64,000 bases of DNA from Bacillota bacterium (lineage in GTDB: Bacteria > Bacillota > Sulfobacillia > RBS10-35 > Bu92): NCBI GenBank assembly GCA_014896375.1, contig JADBKN010000009.1:10397-74396 (forward strand), read 5' to 3'. Shown here in pieces: positions 12,857-24,082 of this stretch. Within the stretch, counting starts at the first letter, position 1. Each line of letters starts with the position of its first letter. The notes beneath the pieces were generated by a model. That model searched no databases and had not been told where the DNA came from. It saw only the letters and a program-made list of their open reading frames with translations. The position numbers and the translations under genes were made by a program.

Positions 12857-14199
12857 GCGTTCGCCCCCTGGGCCGGGGCCTGGCGCTGGTCGACGACGCG
12901 CACGGCCTTGCCCTGCGGCCGCGGCAGCGCGCGCGGGGCGAGCACGCGCAGCTCCGCCGAGACGCGGAGGCGGTCCGCGAGCGCGCGGCGCACGCGCGCC
13001 GATAGCTCGCGCACGGCCGGATGGTCCTCGCTGAAGGTGCCCAGCCGAAAGGCGAACTCCTCCGCCGCCTCCACCTCGACCGTCATGCGGTCGAGCGGCC
13101 CCTCCCGCGTGAGCAGGATGCGGTAGTGGCCGGAGAGCTCCGGCGCTCCGAGCAACACCGCCTCGACCTCCGAGGGATAGACGTTGACGCCGCGGATGAT
13201 GAGCATGTCGTCCGCCCGGCCGACGACGCGCGACATGCGCGCGAACGTCCGCCCGCAGGCGCACGGTTCCGCGTCCAGGGAGCAGATGTCGCCGGTGCGG
13301 TAGCGGATGAGGGGCATCGCCTCCTTGGTGAGCGTCGTGAGGACCAGCTCCCCCATGGCGCCGGGCGGCAGCACCTCCCCGGTGTCCGGGTCCACGATCT
13401 CCGCGAGGAAATGGTCCTCGAAGATGTGCGCGCCGGCCTTGGCTTCCGCGCACTCGCAGGCCACGCCCGGACCCACGATCTCCGAAAGGCCGTAGATGTC
13501 GACCGCGTCGACGCCCAGCTCCGCTTCGATGGCGCGCCGCATCTCCTCCGTCCACGGCTCCGCCCCGAGGATGGCGTAGCGCAAGGCGAGCCTGGAGCGG
13601 CCGACGCCCATCTCCCGCATCGTCTCCGCGATCTGCAGGGCGTAGCTGGGCGTGCAGCAGAGGCCGTGGGCCTGGAAGTCGACGATCAGCTCCACCTGGC
13701 GGGTCGTGAACCCGCCGGAGGCCGGCACCACCGTCTGCCCCATGCGCTCCGCGCCGTAGTGCAGCCCCAGCCCGCCGGTGAAAAGGCCGTAGCCGTAGGC
13801 GTTGTGCAGCACGTCCCCCGGCCGCCCGCCGGCGCAGGCGATGCTGCGCGCCACCACCTCCGCCCACACCTCGATGTCCCCCCGCGTGTAGGCGGCCACC
13901 GTGGGCTTGCCGCGCGTTCCGGAAGAGGCGTGCAGGCGCACGCACGCCTCCCTCGGCACGGCGAGCATCCCGAAGGGGTAGTGGTCGCGCAGGTCGGTCT
14001 TGCGCGTGAAGGGGAAGCGGGAGAGGTCGTCCAGGTCGCGGAGGTCCTCCGGGCCCACGCCGGCTTCGGCGAAGCGGCGCTGGTAAAAGGGCACGCGCAT
14101 CGCGCGCGCCACCGCCTGCCGCAGGCGCTCCAGCTGCAAGGCGCGCAGGGCGGCCCGCGGCATCGTCTCCATCTCCGGGTTCCAGATCACGGCGCCCAC
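12853..14199 (-). CDS. paaK: Phenylacetate-CoA ligase family adenylate-forming enzyme
   Basis: N-terminus IWNPEMETMPRAALRALQLERL...FTRKTDLRDHYPFGMLAV and LHASSGTRGKPT, typical of the PaaK family. Confidence 0.8.
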   Translation of the reverse strand: MGAVIWNPEMETMPRAALRALQLERLRQAVARAMRVPFYQRRFAEAGVGPEDLRDLDDLSRFPFTRKTDLRDHYPFGMLAVPREACVRLHASSGTRGKPTVAAYTRGDIEVWAEVVARSIACAGGRPGDVLHNAYGYGLFTGGLGLHYGAERMGQTVVPASGGFTTRQVELIVDFQAHGLCCTPSYALQIAETMREMGVGRSRLALRYAILGAEPWTEEMRRAIEAELGVDAVDIYGLSEIVGPGVACECAEAKAGAHIFEDHFLAEIVDPDTGEVLPPGAMGELVLTTLTKEAMPLIRYRTGDICSLDAEPCACGRTFARMSRVVGRADDMLIIRGVNVYPSEVEAVLLGAPELSGHYRILLTREGPLDRMTVEVEAAEEFAFRLGTFSEDHPAVRELSARVRRALADRLRVSAELRVLAPRALPRPQGKAVRVVDQRQAPAQGANA

Positions 14200-14259
14200 C
14201 TCCGGTCGTTCCCAGGTTGCACCAGGGTTCGACCGGCGGGGGCGCCGTCCCTCCCGGCC

Positions 14260-15474
14260 TCAGCGGGCCGTCTCGCGGATCGTCGTCCAGACGTGCGGCA
14301 CCTCGTAGCCCAGCCGCCAGAGGGCGATGCCGCGCAGCCCCTTCTCCTTCACGAGCGCGATGCGGGTGCGCAGGGTGCCGGCGTCCATGTACCAGACGAT
14401 GTGGCGGTTGCCGTTGTCGTCGACGTACTCGAAGTAGGGGTTGCCCGACTGCGGGTCCCGCTTCGGCGTCACGCCCTCATCCGAGGCCAGTCCCAGGATG
14501 CCGTCGAGCGCGCGCTCCTGCGCCAGGTTGCCGGCGTCGAGGTTCCAGTCGAGGCCGTAGAGGCCGGCGGCCACGACGATCTTCTTCGCCGGCACGCCGT
14601 GCCCGAGGAGCCACTCCACGTTGCGGCGCGTCCAGCGGTCGGGCGAGAGCGGACCGGGCGGCCCGCCGGCGTAGTGGAAGTCGTAGAGCATGATCACGAG
14701 GTAGTCGGTGCAGTCCGAGAGCGCCTTGTAGTCGTAGGCGCCGTTGACGGAGACGTCGACGTCGAGGGGCGGGAAGACGGCGGCCGAGAGCTCTGTGCGC
14801 GCCGGCAGCGCGCGGCGCAGGAGGCAGACGAACTTCGTCATGTCGACGTTCGTCTCCGGCGGGATGAGCTCGAAGTCGACGTCCACGGCGTCGTAGCCGC
14901 GGTTGCGCACGATGCCCGCGATATTGGCGATGGCGCGGTCGCGGGCGGCGGGGTCGGTGAGCATGCTGTAGTTCGTCGCGCCGTCGCCCTGGCGGTTATT
15001 GATGAGGAAGCCCATCTTCAACCCGTGGCTCTTAACGAAGCGGATCACCGTCTCCCGGGAGACGTCCTGCACGATGTCGCCCGTGCCGTCGACGCTGTAC
15101 CAGAAGGCCAGCACCTCGTCGAGGAGACGGTAGTGCTGCTGCACCGAGGGGAAGGAGTCGCCGAACTCGGCGCTCCAGCCGTTCTCGAAGTAGCCGATGA
15201 TCGAGACGCGCGTCACGCCGGGCATGAGCGGCGTGCGCGCCGGCCCCGGCCGCAGCGCCGAGACGAGCCCGAGGACGAGCACGAGGCCCGCCGCCACCGC
15301 GCCGGCGCCCACGCGCCAATCGTCGCTGCCCAACCAGCCGGCGACGCGTTTCAGCCAGGGCTGCCGGCTGAGCCAGTCCGTCGCCGCGCGCCCGGCGCGC
15401 TGCGCCGCCCGCCAGGCGTCCTGCGCCGCTCGCCGCGCGTTGTCGAAGCCGTCCGGCGGACCTGCCGCCAAGGC
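14260..15474 (-). CDS. Membrane-anchored GH18 glycoside hydrolase (chitinase / spore-cortex hydrolase-like)
   Basis: Catalytic DxxDxDxE present as DAVDVDFE. One N-terminal TM (AGAVAAGLVLVLGLVSAL). The ORF is open to 15663 but would overlap the divergent thiolase. A TTG at 15474 preceded by GGAGGT at 9 nt is the proposed start, which remains uncertain. Confidence 0.7.
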   Translation of the reverse strand, partial: ALAAGPPDGFDNARRAAQDAWRAAQRAGRAATDWLSRQPWLKRVAGWLGSDDWRVGAGAVAAGLVLVLGLVSALRPGPARTPLMPGVTRVSIIGYFENGWSAEFGDSFPSVQQHYRLLDEVLAFWYSVDGTGDIVQDVSRETVIRFVKSHGLKMGFLINNRQGDGATNYSMLTDPAARDRAIANIAGIVRNRGYDAVDVDFELIPPETNVDMTKFVCLLRRALPARTELSAAVFPPLDVDVSVNGAYDYKALSDCTDYLVIMLYDFHYAGGPPGPLSPDRWTRRNVEWLLGHGVPAKKIVVAAGLYGLDWNLDAGNLAQERALDGILGLASDEGVTPKRDPQSGNPYFEYVDDNGNRHIVWYMDAGTLRTRIALVKEKGLRGIALWRLGYEVPHVWTTIRETAR

Positions 15475-15561
15475 GAGCCACCTCCACTGGTCGATGTGCC
15501 GCGCGTAGTATCGGCGGCCGGAGGCGCTATGATGCAGGAGGGGATGGGAGGTTCCGCCGCC

Positions 15562-16740
15562 ATGAGTTACATCGTGAGCTATGTCCGCACGCCGTTCGGC
15601 CGCTTCGGCGGCGCGCTGAAAGATGTCCCGGCCATGGACCTGGGCGCGCACGCGATCCGTCACGCCCTGCTGCGCGCGGGCGTCCCGGCCGCGCGCGTCG
15701 ACTACGTCCTCATGGGCATGGTCGTGCAGGCCGGCGCCGGCCAGATCCCGTCGCGCCAGGCCACGATCAAGGCCGGCCTGCCGGCCGAGGTGCCCTCAGA
15801 CACGATCAACAAGGTCTGCGCCTCTGGGCTCCGCGCCGCCAACTACGCCGACATGATGATCCGCGCCGGCGAGGCGGACGTCGTCGTGGCGGGCGGCATG
15901 GAGAGCATGAGCCAGGCGCCGTACCTCTTGCCCGGCGCCCGCTGGGGGTTGCGCATGGGCGACGGAACGCTGGTCGACGCCGTCGTCCACGACGGCCTCT
16001 GGTGCTCGTTCGGGAACTGCCACATGGGCGTCTACGGCAGCACCGTCGCCAAGGAGTACGGCATCTCGCGCGAAGCTCAGGACGAGTGGGCCTACCGCAG
16101 CCACATGCGCGCGGCCGAGGCCCAGCGCGCCGGCCGCCTGGCAGAGGAGATCGAGCCCGTGGACGCGCCGGGGCCGAAGGGCTCCTCAGTGCGCGTGGAG
16201 CACGACGAGGCCATCCGACCCGACACGACCCTCGAAAAGCTCGCGGCCCTCAAGCCGGCCTTCCAGCCGGACGGCACGATCACCGCCGGCAACGCGCCCG
16301 GCCTCAACGACGGCGCGGCGGCCCTCGTGGTGGCCTCGGAGCGCGCCGTGGCGGAGCTGGGCCTGCGGCCTTGGGCGAGGATCGTGGCGCACGGCCACGC
16401 CTCGCAGGACCCGCCATACCTGCACACGGTGCCCTGGCTGGCCGCGCAGGCGGCGCTGCGCAAGGCGGGCCTCACGAAAGACGACATCGCGCTCTGGGAG
16501 ATCAACGAGGCCTTCGCCGCCGTCACGCTGACCAGCGCCAAGCTCGGCGGCCTCGATCCGGAACGGATCAACGTCAACGGCGGCGCGGTGGCCCTGGGCC
16601 ACCCGATCGGCGCGAGCGGCGCCCGCATCCTCGGCACGCTCGTGATGGAGCTGCGCCGCCGCGGCGGCGGCTACGGCGTGGCGGCCATCTGCTCCGGCGG
16701 CGGCCAGGGCGAGGCGACCGTCGTCCGCGTGGACGTGTGA
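15562..16740 (+). CDS. Acetyl-CoA C-acetyltransferase (thiolase II)
   Basis: [17 protein letters not shown]..., active Cys in NKVCASGL, C-terminal [11 protein letters not shown] and CSGGGQG. GGGAGG lies 10 nt upstream. Confidence 0.9.
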   Translation: MSYIVSYVRTPFGRFGGALKDVPAMDLGAHAIRHALLRAGVPAARVDYVLMGMVVQAGAGQIPSRQATIKAGLPAEVPSDTINKVCASGLRAANYADMMIRAGEADVVVAGGMESMSQAPYLLPGARWGLRMGDGTLVDAVVHDGLWCSFGNCHMGVYGSTVAKEYGISREAQDEWAYRSHMRAAEAQRAGRLAEEIEPVDAPGPKGSSVRVEHDEAIRPDTTLEKLAALKPAFQPDGTITAGNAPGLNDGAAALVVASERAVAELGLRPWARIVAHGHASQDPPYLHTVPWLAAQAALRKAGLTKDDIALWEINEAFAAVTLTSAKLGGLDPERINVNGGAVALGHPIGASGARILGTLVMELRRRGGGYGVAAICSGGGQGEATVVRVDV

Positions 16741-16822
16741 CGGGACGCGTCTGCGGGAGCGACGCCACAGACGCGATAGCGGGATGGGGACGTTCCGAAG
16801 CGGACGCCAAAGGAGGTCCGGC

Positions 16823-17677
16823 ATGGCAGGAGAGACGGTGTTCGTGGCCGGCGCCGGCCAGATGGGCAGCGGCATCGCCCAGGTGGCCGCGCAGGCCGGC
16901 TATGAGGTGATCCTCTACGACGTCGAGCCGCGCTTCCTGGAGCGCGGCCTGGGCACGATCCGCCGCAACCTGGACCGCGACGTGGAGCGCGGCCGAAAGA
17001 GAGCGGAGGAGCGGGAGGCGGTGCTGGCGCGCATCTCGGGCACGCTGGAGCTGAAGGACGCCGCCGCGGCCGCCCTCGTGGTGGAGGCCGTGGTGGAGCA
17101 CGCGGAGGTCAAGGCGCAGCTCTTCCGTGACCTCGACGCCGTCTGCCCTCCGGAGACGATCTTCGCCAGCAACACCTCGTCCATCTCCATCACGCGCCTC
17201 GCCGCCGCCACGCGCCGCCCGGACCGCTTCATCGGCATGCACTTCATGAACCCGGTGCCGGTGATGAAGCTCCTCGAGGTCATCCGCGGCCAGCTCACGA
17301 GCGACGCCACGCACCGGGCGGCGCTGGAGGCAGGCGCGCGCATGGGGAAGACGTGCGTCACCGTCCAGGACTACCCCGGCTTCGTCAGCAACCGGCTCCT
17401 CATGCCGATGATCAACGAGGCCGCGTACGCGCTCATGGAGGGCGTGGCCGGGCGCGAGGAGATCGACACCGTGATGAAGCTCGGCATGAACCACCCCATG
17501 GGGCCGCTGGAGCTGGCCGACTTCATCGGCCTCGACACCTGCCTCGCCATCATGGAGGTGCTCTACGAGGGCTTCGGGGACCCGAAATACCGGCCCTGCC
17601 CGCTCCTGCGCCGCATGGTGCAGGCCGGGCTCTTGGGGCGCAAGTCGGGGCGGGGGTTCTATGAATACGGGGCGTGA
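16823..17677 (+). CDS. hbd: 3-hydroxybutyryl-CoA dehydrogenase
   Basis: Rossmann motif [25 protein letters not shown] before ATG 16823. Confidence 0.85.
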   Translation: MAGETVFVAGAGQMGSGIAQVAAQAGYEVILYDVEPRFLERGLGTIRRNLDRDVERGRKRAEEREAVLARISGTLELKDAAAAALVVEAVVEHAEVKAQLFRDLDAVCPPETIFASNTSSISITRLAAATRRPDRFIGMHFMNPVPVMKLLEVIRGQLTSDATHRAALEAGARMGKTCVTVQDYPGFVSNRLLMPMINEAAYALMEGVAGREEIDTVMKLGMNHPMGPLELADFIGLDTCLAIMEVLYEGFGDPKYRPCPLLRRMVQAGLLGRKSGRGFYEYGA

Positions 17678-18989
17678 GCCGCGCGCGGCGGCGGGCTCGC
17701 CGGCCGGCGCGGCAGCGGCGGATCTTCCGGGCCCGGAGGAGGCGCTGCGGCGCCTTCTGGAGCATCCGGACTTCGCCGCGGCCGCCGCGGCGCTGGCGGC
17801 CGAGGAGCCGGAAGACGTGCCTCTGGAGGAGGCGCTCGGCCGCGTGCTGGCGTGCGACATCGCGGCCCCGGAGGACATGCCGCCCTTCCCGCGCGCCCAC
17901 ATGGACGGCTTCGCCGTGCGCGCCGCCGATTGTGCCGGCGCCTCGGCCGAGCGGCCGGTGCGCCTGCGCCTCGCGCCGGCCGTGGCCATGGGCCGCGCGG
18001 CGGGGGAGCTGGCGCCCGGGACGGCGGCGCCCATCGCCACGGGCGGGATGCTGCCGGCGGGGGCGGACGCCGTCGTGCCGGTGGAGGAGGCGGAGGCGGC
18101 GGGCGACGCGGTCGCCATCTTCGCCCCGGTGGCGCCGGGCCAGCACGTGACGCCGGCCGGCGCGGACGCGCGCGCCGGCGAGCGGCTCCTGCCGTCGGGC
18201 CGCCGCCTGCGGCCCTACGACATCGCCGCGCTGGCCGCCGTCGGCCGGCTGCGAGTGCCCGTGCGGCGGCGGCCGCGCCTTCTCATCCTGCCTACCGGCG
18301 ACGAGCTCGTGCCGGCGGAGCGCGCCCCGGCGCCGGGGCAGATCCGCGAGTTCAACTCCTGGGGGCTCGCGGCCGCCGCGCGGCGCGACGGCGCCGAGGC
18401 GCGCGTGCAGGCGGCGGTGCCGGACGACGCGGATGCGCTCGCCGCCGCGCTCGCGGAGGCGGCGCGGGAGCACGAGGCGGTCGCCGTCATCGGCGGCAGC
18501 TCCGTGGGCGCGCGCGACTGGACGGCCGCCGCCGTGCGGCGCCTGCCGGGGCCGGGCGTGCTCGTCCACGGCGTGGCCATGCGGCCCGGACGGCCCACGC
18601 TCGTCGCCCTGGTCCACGCGGACGGCCGCCGGCCGCGCCCCGTGTTCGGGCTGCCGGGCCATCCGGTGTCCTGCCTGGTCGTCTACGACACGCTCGTGCG
18701 TCCCGCCCTGCGGCGCCTCCTGGGCGCGGCCGGCGGCCCGCCGCCCTCGGTGCGTGCGCGCCTCGCGCGGCCGCTCTCCAACGGCGCGCTGGAGTTCGTG
18801 GCGCGCGTGGAACTGCGCCCCACCGGCGAGGGCGGGCCCGTCGCCTGGGAGGCGTGGCCGGTGCCTGGAGACTCCGCCATCCTCACGAGCCTCGCGCGCG
18901 CGGACGGCATCCTCCGCCTGCCGCCGCACCGGAGCCTCGAGCCCGGCTCGGTGGTGGAGGTCGAGCTCCTCCGACCGCCGGCCTTCTGA
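17661..18989 (+). CDS. moeA: Molybdopterin molybdenumtransferase MoeA
   Basis: MoeA N-domain ([13 protein letters not shown]) with MoCF-binding and C-terminal domains. Overlaps the hbd end by 17 nt. Confidence 0.85.
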   Translation: MNTGREPRAAAGSPAGAAAADLPGPEEALRRLLEHPDFAAAAAALAAEEPEDVPLEEALGRVLACDIAAPEDMPPFPRAHMDGFAVRAADCAGASAERPVRLRLAPAVAMGRAAGELAPGTAAPIATGGMLPAGADAVVPVEEAEAAGDAVAIFAPVAPGQHVTPAGADARAGERLLPSGRRLRPYDIAALAAVGRLRVPVRRRPRLLILPTGDELVPAERAPAPGQIREFNSWGLAAAARRDGAEARVQAAVPDDADALAAALAEAAREHEAVAVIGGSSVGARDWTAAAVRRLPGPGVLVHGVAMRPGRPTLVALVHADGRRPRPVFGLPGHPVSCLVVYDTLVRPALRRLLGAAGGPPPSVRARLARPLSNGALEFVARVELRPTGEGGPVAWEAWPVPGDSAILTSLARADGILRLPPHRSLEPGSVVEVELLRPPAF

Positions 18990-19026
18990 ATCGCGCCAGC
19001 GGGGACATCCGAAGGAGGTCTGCGCC

Positions 19027-19563
19027 GTGGACGAATCGCCCTTCACGCACCTCGACGCCTCCGGCGCCGCGCGCATGGTCGAAGTCGGTGAAAAGCCGGT
19101 CACCGCGCGTGCGGCCCTCGCGCGCGGCCGCCTCTCCATGCGGCCCGAGACCCTGGCCGCACTCCTTTCCGGCCGCCTGCCCAAGGGCGACGCCTTCCCC
19201 GTGGCACGCCTCGCCGGCATCCAGGCCGCCAAGGAGACGAGCCGCCTCATCCCCCTCTGCCACCCGCTCCCGCTCACATCGGTGGAGGTCCGGCTGCACC
19301 CGCGCCCCGAGGCCGAACCGCCCGCCTGTGCTCCGCAGAGCACGGCCGCCGTGGAGATCGAGGCCGTGGCGCGGGCGGAAGCGCGCACGGGCGTGGAGAT
19401 GGAGGCGCTCGTGGCCGTGACCGTCGCCGGCCTCGCCCTCTACGACATGCTCAAGGCCCTCGACCGCGACCTGGTCCTCGGCGAGGTGCGCCTCGACGAG
19501 AAATCGGGCGGCCGCGGCGGCGACTACCGCCGCGGCGCGGCGCCATCCGGCGCCGGCGATTGA
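19027..19563 (+). CDS. moaC: Cyclic pyranopterin monophosphate synthase MoaC
   Basis: FTHLD...MVEVGEKPVT...IPLCHPL...ALVAVTVAGLALYDM, typical of MoaC. GTG start after GGAGG. The listed 376-aa ORF is a frame run-on. Confidence 0.85.
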   Translation: MDESPFTHLDASGAARMVEVGEKPVTARAALARGRLSMRPETLAALLSGRLPKGDAFPVARLAGIQAAKETSRLIPLCHPLPLTSVEVRLHPRPEAEPPACAPQSTAAVEIEAVARAEARTGVEMEALVAVTVAGLALYDMLKALDRDLVLGEVRLDEKSGGRGGDYRRGAAPSGAGD

Positions 19564-19675
19564 CGCCCGCCGCGGCGCGCCGCAAAACGTGCCAAGAGAG
19601 CGCGCGCCGCCGCGCCGCGCGGCGCCGCGCCGGCGTTTCCGGCGCGCGTGCCGCAAGACCCCGTGCAAGACCCGA

Positions 19676-19704
19676 TTGACGGCCGCCATGGGGTTTTCTA
19701 GGAT
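19676..19704 (+). promoter_or_regulatory. Candidate sigma-A promoter of groESL (TTGACG, 17 nt spacer, TAGGAT)
   Basis: Hexamers read directly. Position immediately upstream of CIRCE is as in B. subtilis groESL. Confidence 0.4.
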
Positions 19705-19719
19705 ACGTGGCGGAACTTG

Positions 19720-19746
19720 TTAGCACTCGGTCAATGGGAGTGCTAA
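19720..19746 (+). promoter_or_regulatory. CIRCE element (HrcA operator): TTAGCACTC-N9-GAGTGCTAA, a perfect consensus
   Basis: Exact match to the established CIRCE consensus, 68 nt upstream of the groES ATG. Confidence 0.9.
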
Positions 19747-19814
19747 CAATAGACGGGGCGGCACCCCGCCGGAGGGCGGGGACGGACCCCAGACTGCAGA
19801 GGAGGGACGCATCC

Positions 19815-21801
<1,987 letters not shown>

Positions 21802-21815
21802 TCCCGGGAGCCGCC

Positions 21816-21856
21816 CCGAAGCGCCCGGCGTCCGCGCCGGGCGCTTCGGCTTTTCC
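21816..21856 (+). terminator. Rho-independent terminator after groEL (15-bp perfect stem ccgaagcgcccggcg / cgccgggcgcttcgg, loop tccg, then CTTTT)
   Basis: Perfect inverted repeat plus T-run read directly. Confidence 0.75.
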
Positions 21857-22033
21857 ATGCAAACCAGAACTTAACGCTCGAACCTGATCGAGAAGTTCGT
21901 TCCTTGCGGGAGGAATCGCGACTTGTCCCGCGAATCCCATTCCGTTGGTCGCGGTCCGGAACCGTCGTGCGTGCGCGGGGGAGCGGTTCCGGGAAACCGG
22001 CGACGGCACATCTTTCGTTGGGGAGGAATCGAT

Positions 22034-23878
22034 TTGCGGAAACGGAACAAGCGGCTGCTGTCGCTCGTTACGTTCCTCTTGCTCGCGGCCTTCCTGATCA
22101 GCGCCTGCGGCGGCGGCGCGAAGACGCCCGCCAGCAGCAGCGAGTCTGAGAAGACGGGCAGCGAGACGGCCATCGACAAGGACCAGTTCCTCAACGTCAA
22201 CCTGGGCGATGAGCCGCCGTCCCTGGATCCCGGCGTGTCCACGGACGCGGTCTCGTTCATCATCCTGAACGACATCCTCGCCGGCCTCACGCGCTACGGC
22301 CCGGACGGCAAGATCCAGCCGGAGATCGCGCAGAGCTGGGATGTGAGCGACGACGGCAAGACCTACACCTTCCACCTTCGTGACGCGAAGTGGTCGGACG
22401 GCCAGCCCGTCACCTCGAAGGACTTCGCGTACGCGTGGAAGCGCGCCATCGACCCGCGCACCGGCTCGCAGTACGCCTACCAGCTCGCGTACATCCAGGG
22501 CGCTGCGGAGGCCAACGGCCTGACCCCGCCGGACCCGAAGGATACGAAGAAGTATCCGCAGGGTGACAAGGATCCGAAGTACCAGCAGGATCTCGCCGCC
22601 TTCAACCAGCAGGCCGACGAGGCGCTCTCGAAGGTCGGCATCGAGACGCCGGACGACAAGACGCTCGTCGTCCACCTGGCGCAGCCCACGGTGTACTGGC
22701 TCGGCCTCACCTCCTTCATCACCTACCTGCCGGTGCGCCAGGACATCGTGGAGAAGTACGGCGACCAGTTCGCCACGGAGCCCGACAAGATGGTCTACAA
22801 CGGGCCGTTCAAGATCGACAGCTGGACGCACCAGTCCGAGCTCGTCCTCGTCAAGAACGACTCGTATTGGGACGCGGCGAACGTCAAGCTGCAGAAGATC
22901 CACTTCGACATGATCAAGGACATCACGACGCCGGTGAACATGTTTGACGCCGGCCAGCTCGACACGATCGGCGTGCCGAGCGACTACATCCAGACGTACA
23001 AGGACAAAGGCATCCTGAAGACCGAGGCGGATGCGGTCACCTGGTACCTGGAGTTCAACATCGACCCGCGGAACCCGAACAAGGCGTTCCAGAGCAAGAA
23101 GATCCGCCAGGCGATCGCGATCGCCTTCGACCGTCAGGGCTTCGTCGACAACGTGCTGAAGAACGGCTCGCTGCCGGCGACGGCGCTCACGCCGCCTTCG
23201 ATCCACGACCAGGAGGGCAACTCCTTCAACGAGAAGTGGGTCGGCAAGGACCTCTTCCCGAAGACGGCGGACGTCGAGCAGGCGAAGCAGCTTCTGCAGG
23301 AGGGTCTCAAGGACCTCGGCCTGAAGCAGATGCCCCAGGTGACGTTCCTCGCGGGTGACAGCGAGACGGCCAAGAAGTACTCGCAGGCCATCACCGCGAA
23401 CATCTCGCAGAACCTGGGCATCCAGTTCAAGCTCGTCAACGTCGACTTCAAGACCCGGCTCGACATGATGAAGAAGGGCCAGTTCGACATGGTCTACGCC
23501 GGCTGGGGCGCGGACTACGACGATCCTGAGACCTTCATGAATCTCTTCGACTGCCCGGCGGGGTACACGTCCAGCAGCCCGGACCTCTACACCGACAAGG
23601 TGACGCCCGGCGACTGGGCGTTCAACGACCCGCACTGGTGCAACGACCAGTACACGAGCCTGGACAAGTCGACGCAGACGACGAACGACAACACGGCCCG
23701 CATGCAGGCGTTCGCGCAGATGGAGCAGATCCTCCGCGACGAGGTGCCGATCGCCCCGATGTACTGGCCGGCTCGCAACTACGTCGAGCAGCCGTGGGTG
23801 AAGGGCATCGTGCGCCGCTCCACGGGCGCGGACACCGAGTTCAAGTGGGCCTACACGCAGGGTCGCCCGAACAGCTGA
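22034..23878 (+). CDS. oppA: Oligopeptide ABC transporter substrate-binding lipoprotein (family 5 SBP)
   Basis: Lipoprotein signal LLSLVTFLLLAAFLISAC followed by an SBP_bac_5 fold. TTG 22034 is preceded by GGGAGGAA at 5 nt. Confidence 0.85.
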   Translation: MRKRNKRLLSLVTFLLLAAFLISACGGGAKTPASSSESEKTGSETAIDKDQFLNVNLGDEPPSLDPGVSTDAVSFIILNDILAGLTRYGPDGKIQPEIAQSWDVSDDGKTYTFHLRDAKWSDGQPVTSKDFAYAWKRAIDPRTGSQYAYQLAYIQGAAEANGLTPPDPKDTKKYPQGDKDPKYQQDLAAFNQQADEALSKVGIETPDDKTLVVHLAQPTVYWLGLTSFITYLPVRQDIVEKYGDQFATEPDKMVYNGPFKIDSWTHQSELVLVKNDSYWDAANVKLQKIHFDMIKDITTPVNMFDAGQLDTIGVPSDYIQTYKDKGILKTEADAVTWYLEFNIDPRNPNKAFQSKKIRQAIAIAFDRQGFVDNVLKNGSLPATALTPPSIHDQEGNSFNEKWVGKDLFPKTADVEQAKQLLQEGLKDLGLKQMPQVTFLAGDSETAKKYSQAITANISQNLGIQFKLVNVDFKTRLDMMKKGQFDMVYAGWGADYDDPETFMNLFDCPAGYTSSSPDLYTDKVTPGDWAFNDPHWCNDQYTSLDKSTQTTNDNTARMQAFAQMEQILRDEVPIAPMYWPARNYVEQPWVKGIVRRSTGADTEFKWAYTQGRPNS

Positions 23879-23963
23879 CGTTCAGCGCCAGCGTGAACCA
23901 GGGTGAAACGAGGGACGGTCGCCGCGCGGCGTGACCCGCCACGCCGCGTGCGCCGTCGCAAGC

Positions 23964-23992
23964 GGTGAGACCCCGGGCTCCGGGGTCTCACC
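23964..23992 (+). other. Strong intra-operon hairpin between oppA and oppB (13-bp perfect stem ggtgagaccccgg / ccggggtctcacc, 3-nt loop, no U-tract)
   Basis: Inverted repeat read directly within the 204-nt oppA-oppB spacer. Confidence 0.5.
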
Positions 23993-24082
23993 ACGTTCAC
24001 CCGGCGATTGCGCTGGGAAGCGGCTCCATGGACGACATGCGGATTTTCTGCTCTTCTTTTGCGAAGAGGGGAGGCGGATGGC

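Noticed and set aside
17661-17677. Possible hbd-moeA gene fusion
   Set aside because: hbd has its own stop (TGA 17675-17677), and moeA has an independent ATG in another frame. This is an overlap, not a fusion.
19707-19814. 145-aa GroES ORF starting at GTG 19707
   Set aside because: It would translate through the CIRCE operator and the promoter. The conserved GroES N-terminus and RBS define ATG 19815.
21857-22033. Riboswitch or T-box upstream of oppA
   Set aside because: Inverted repeats are present, but I could not recognise any conserved riboswitch core (no T-box specifier/antiterminator and no purine, SAM or c-di-GMP motifs). It is left as an unassigned structured leader.
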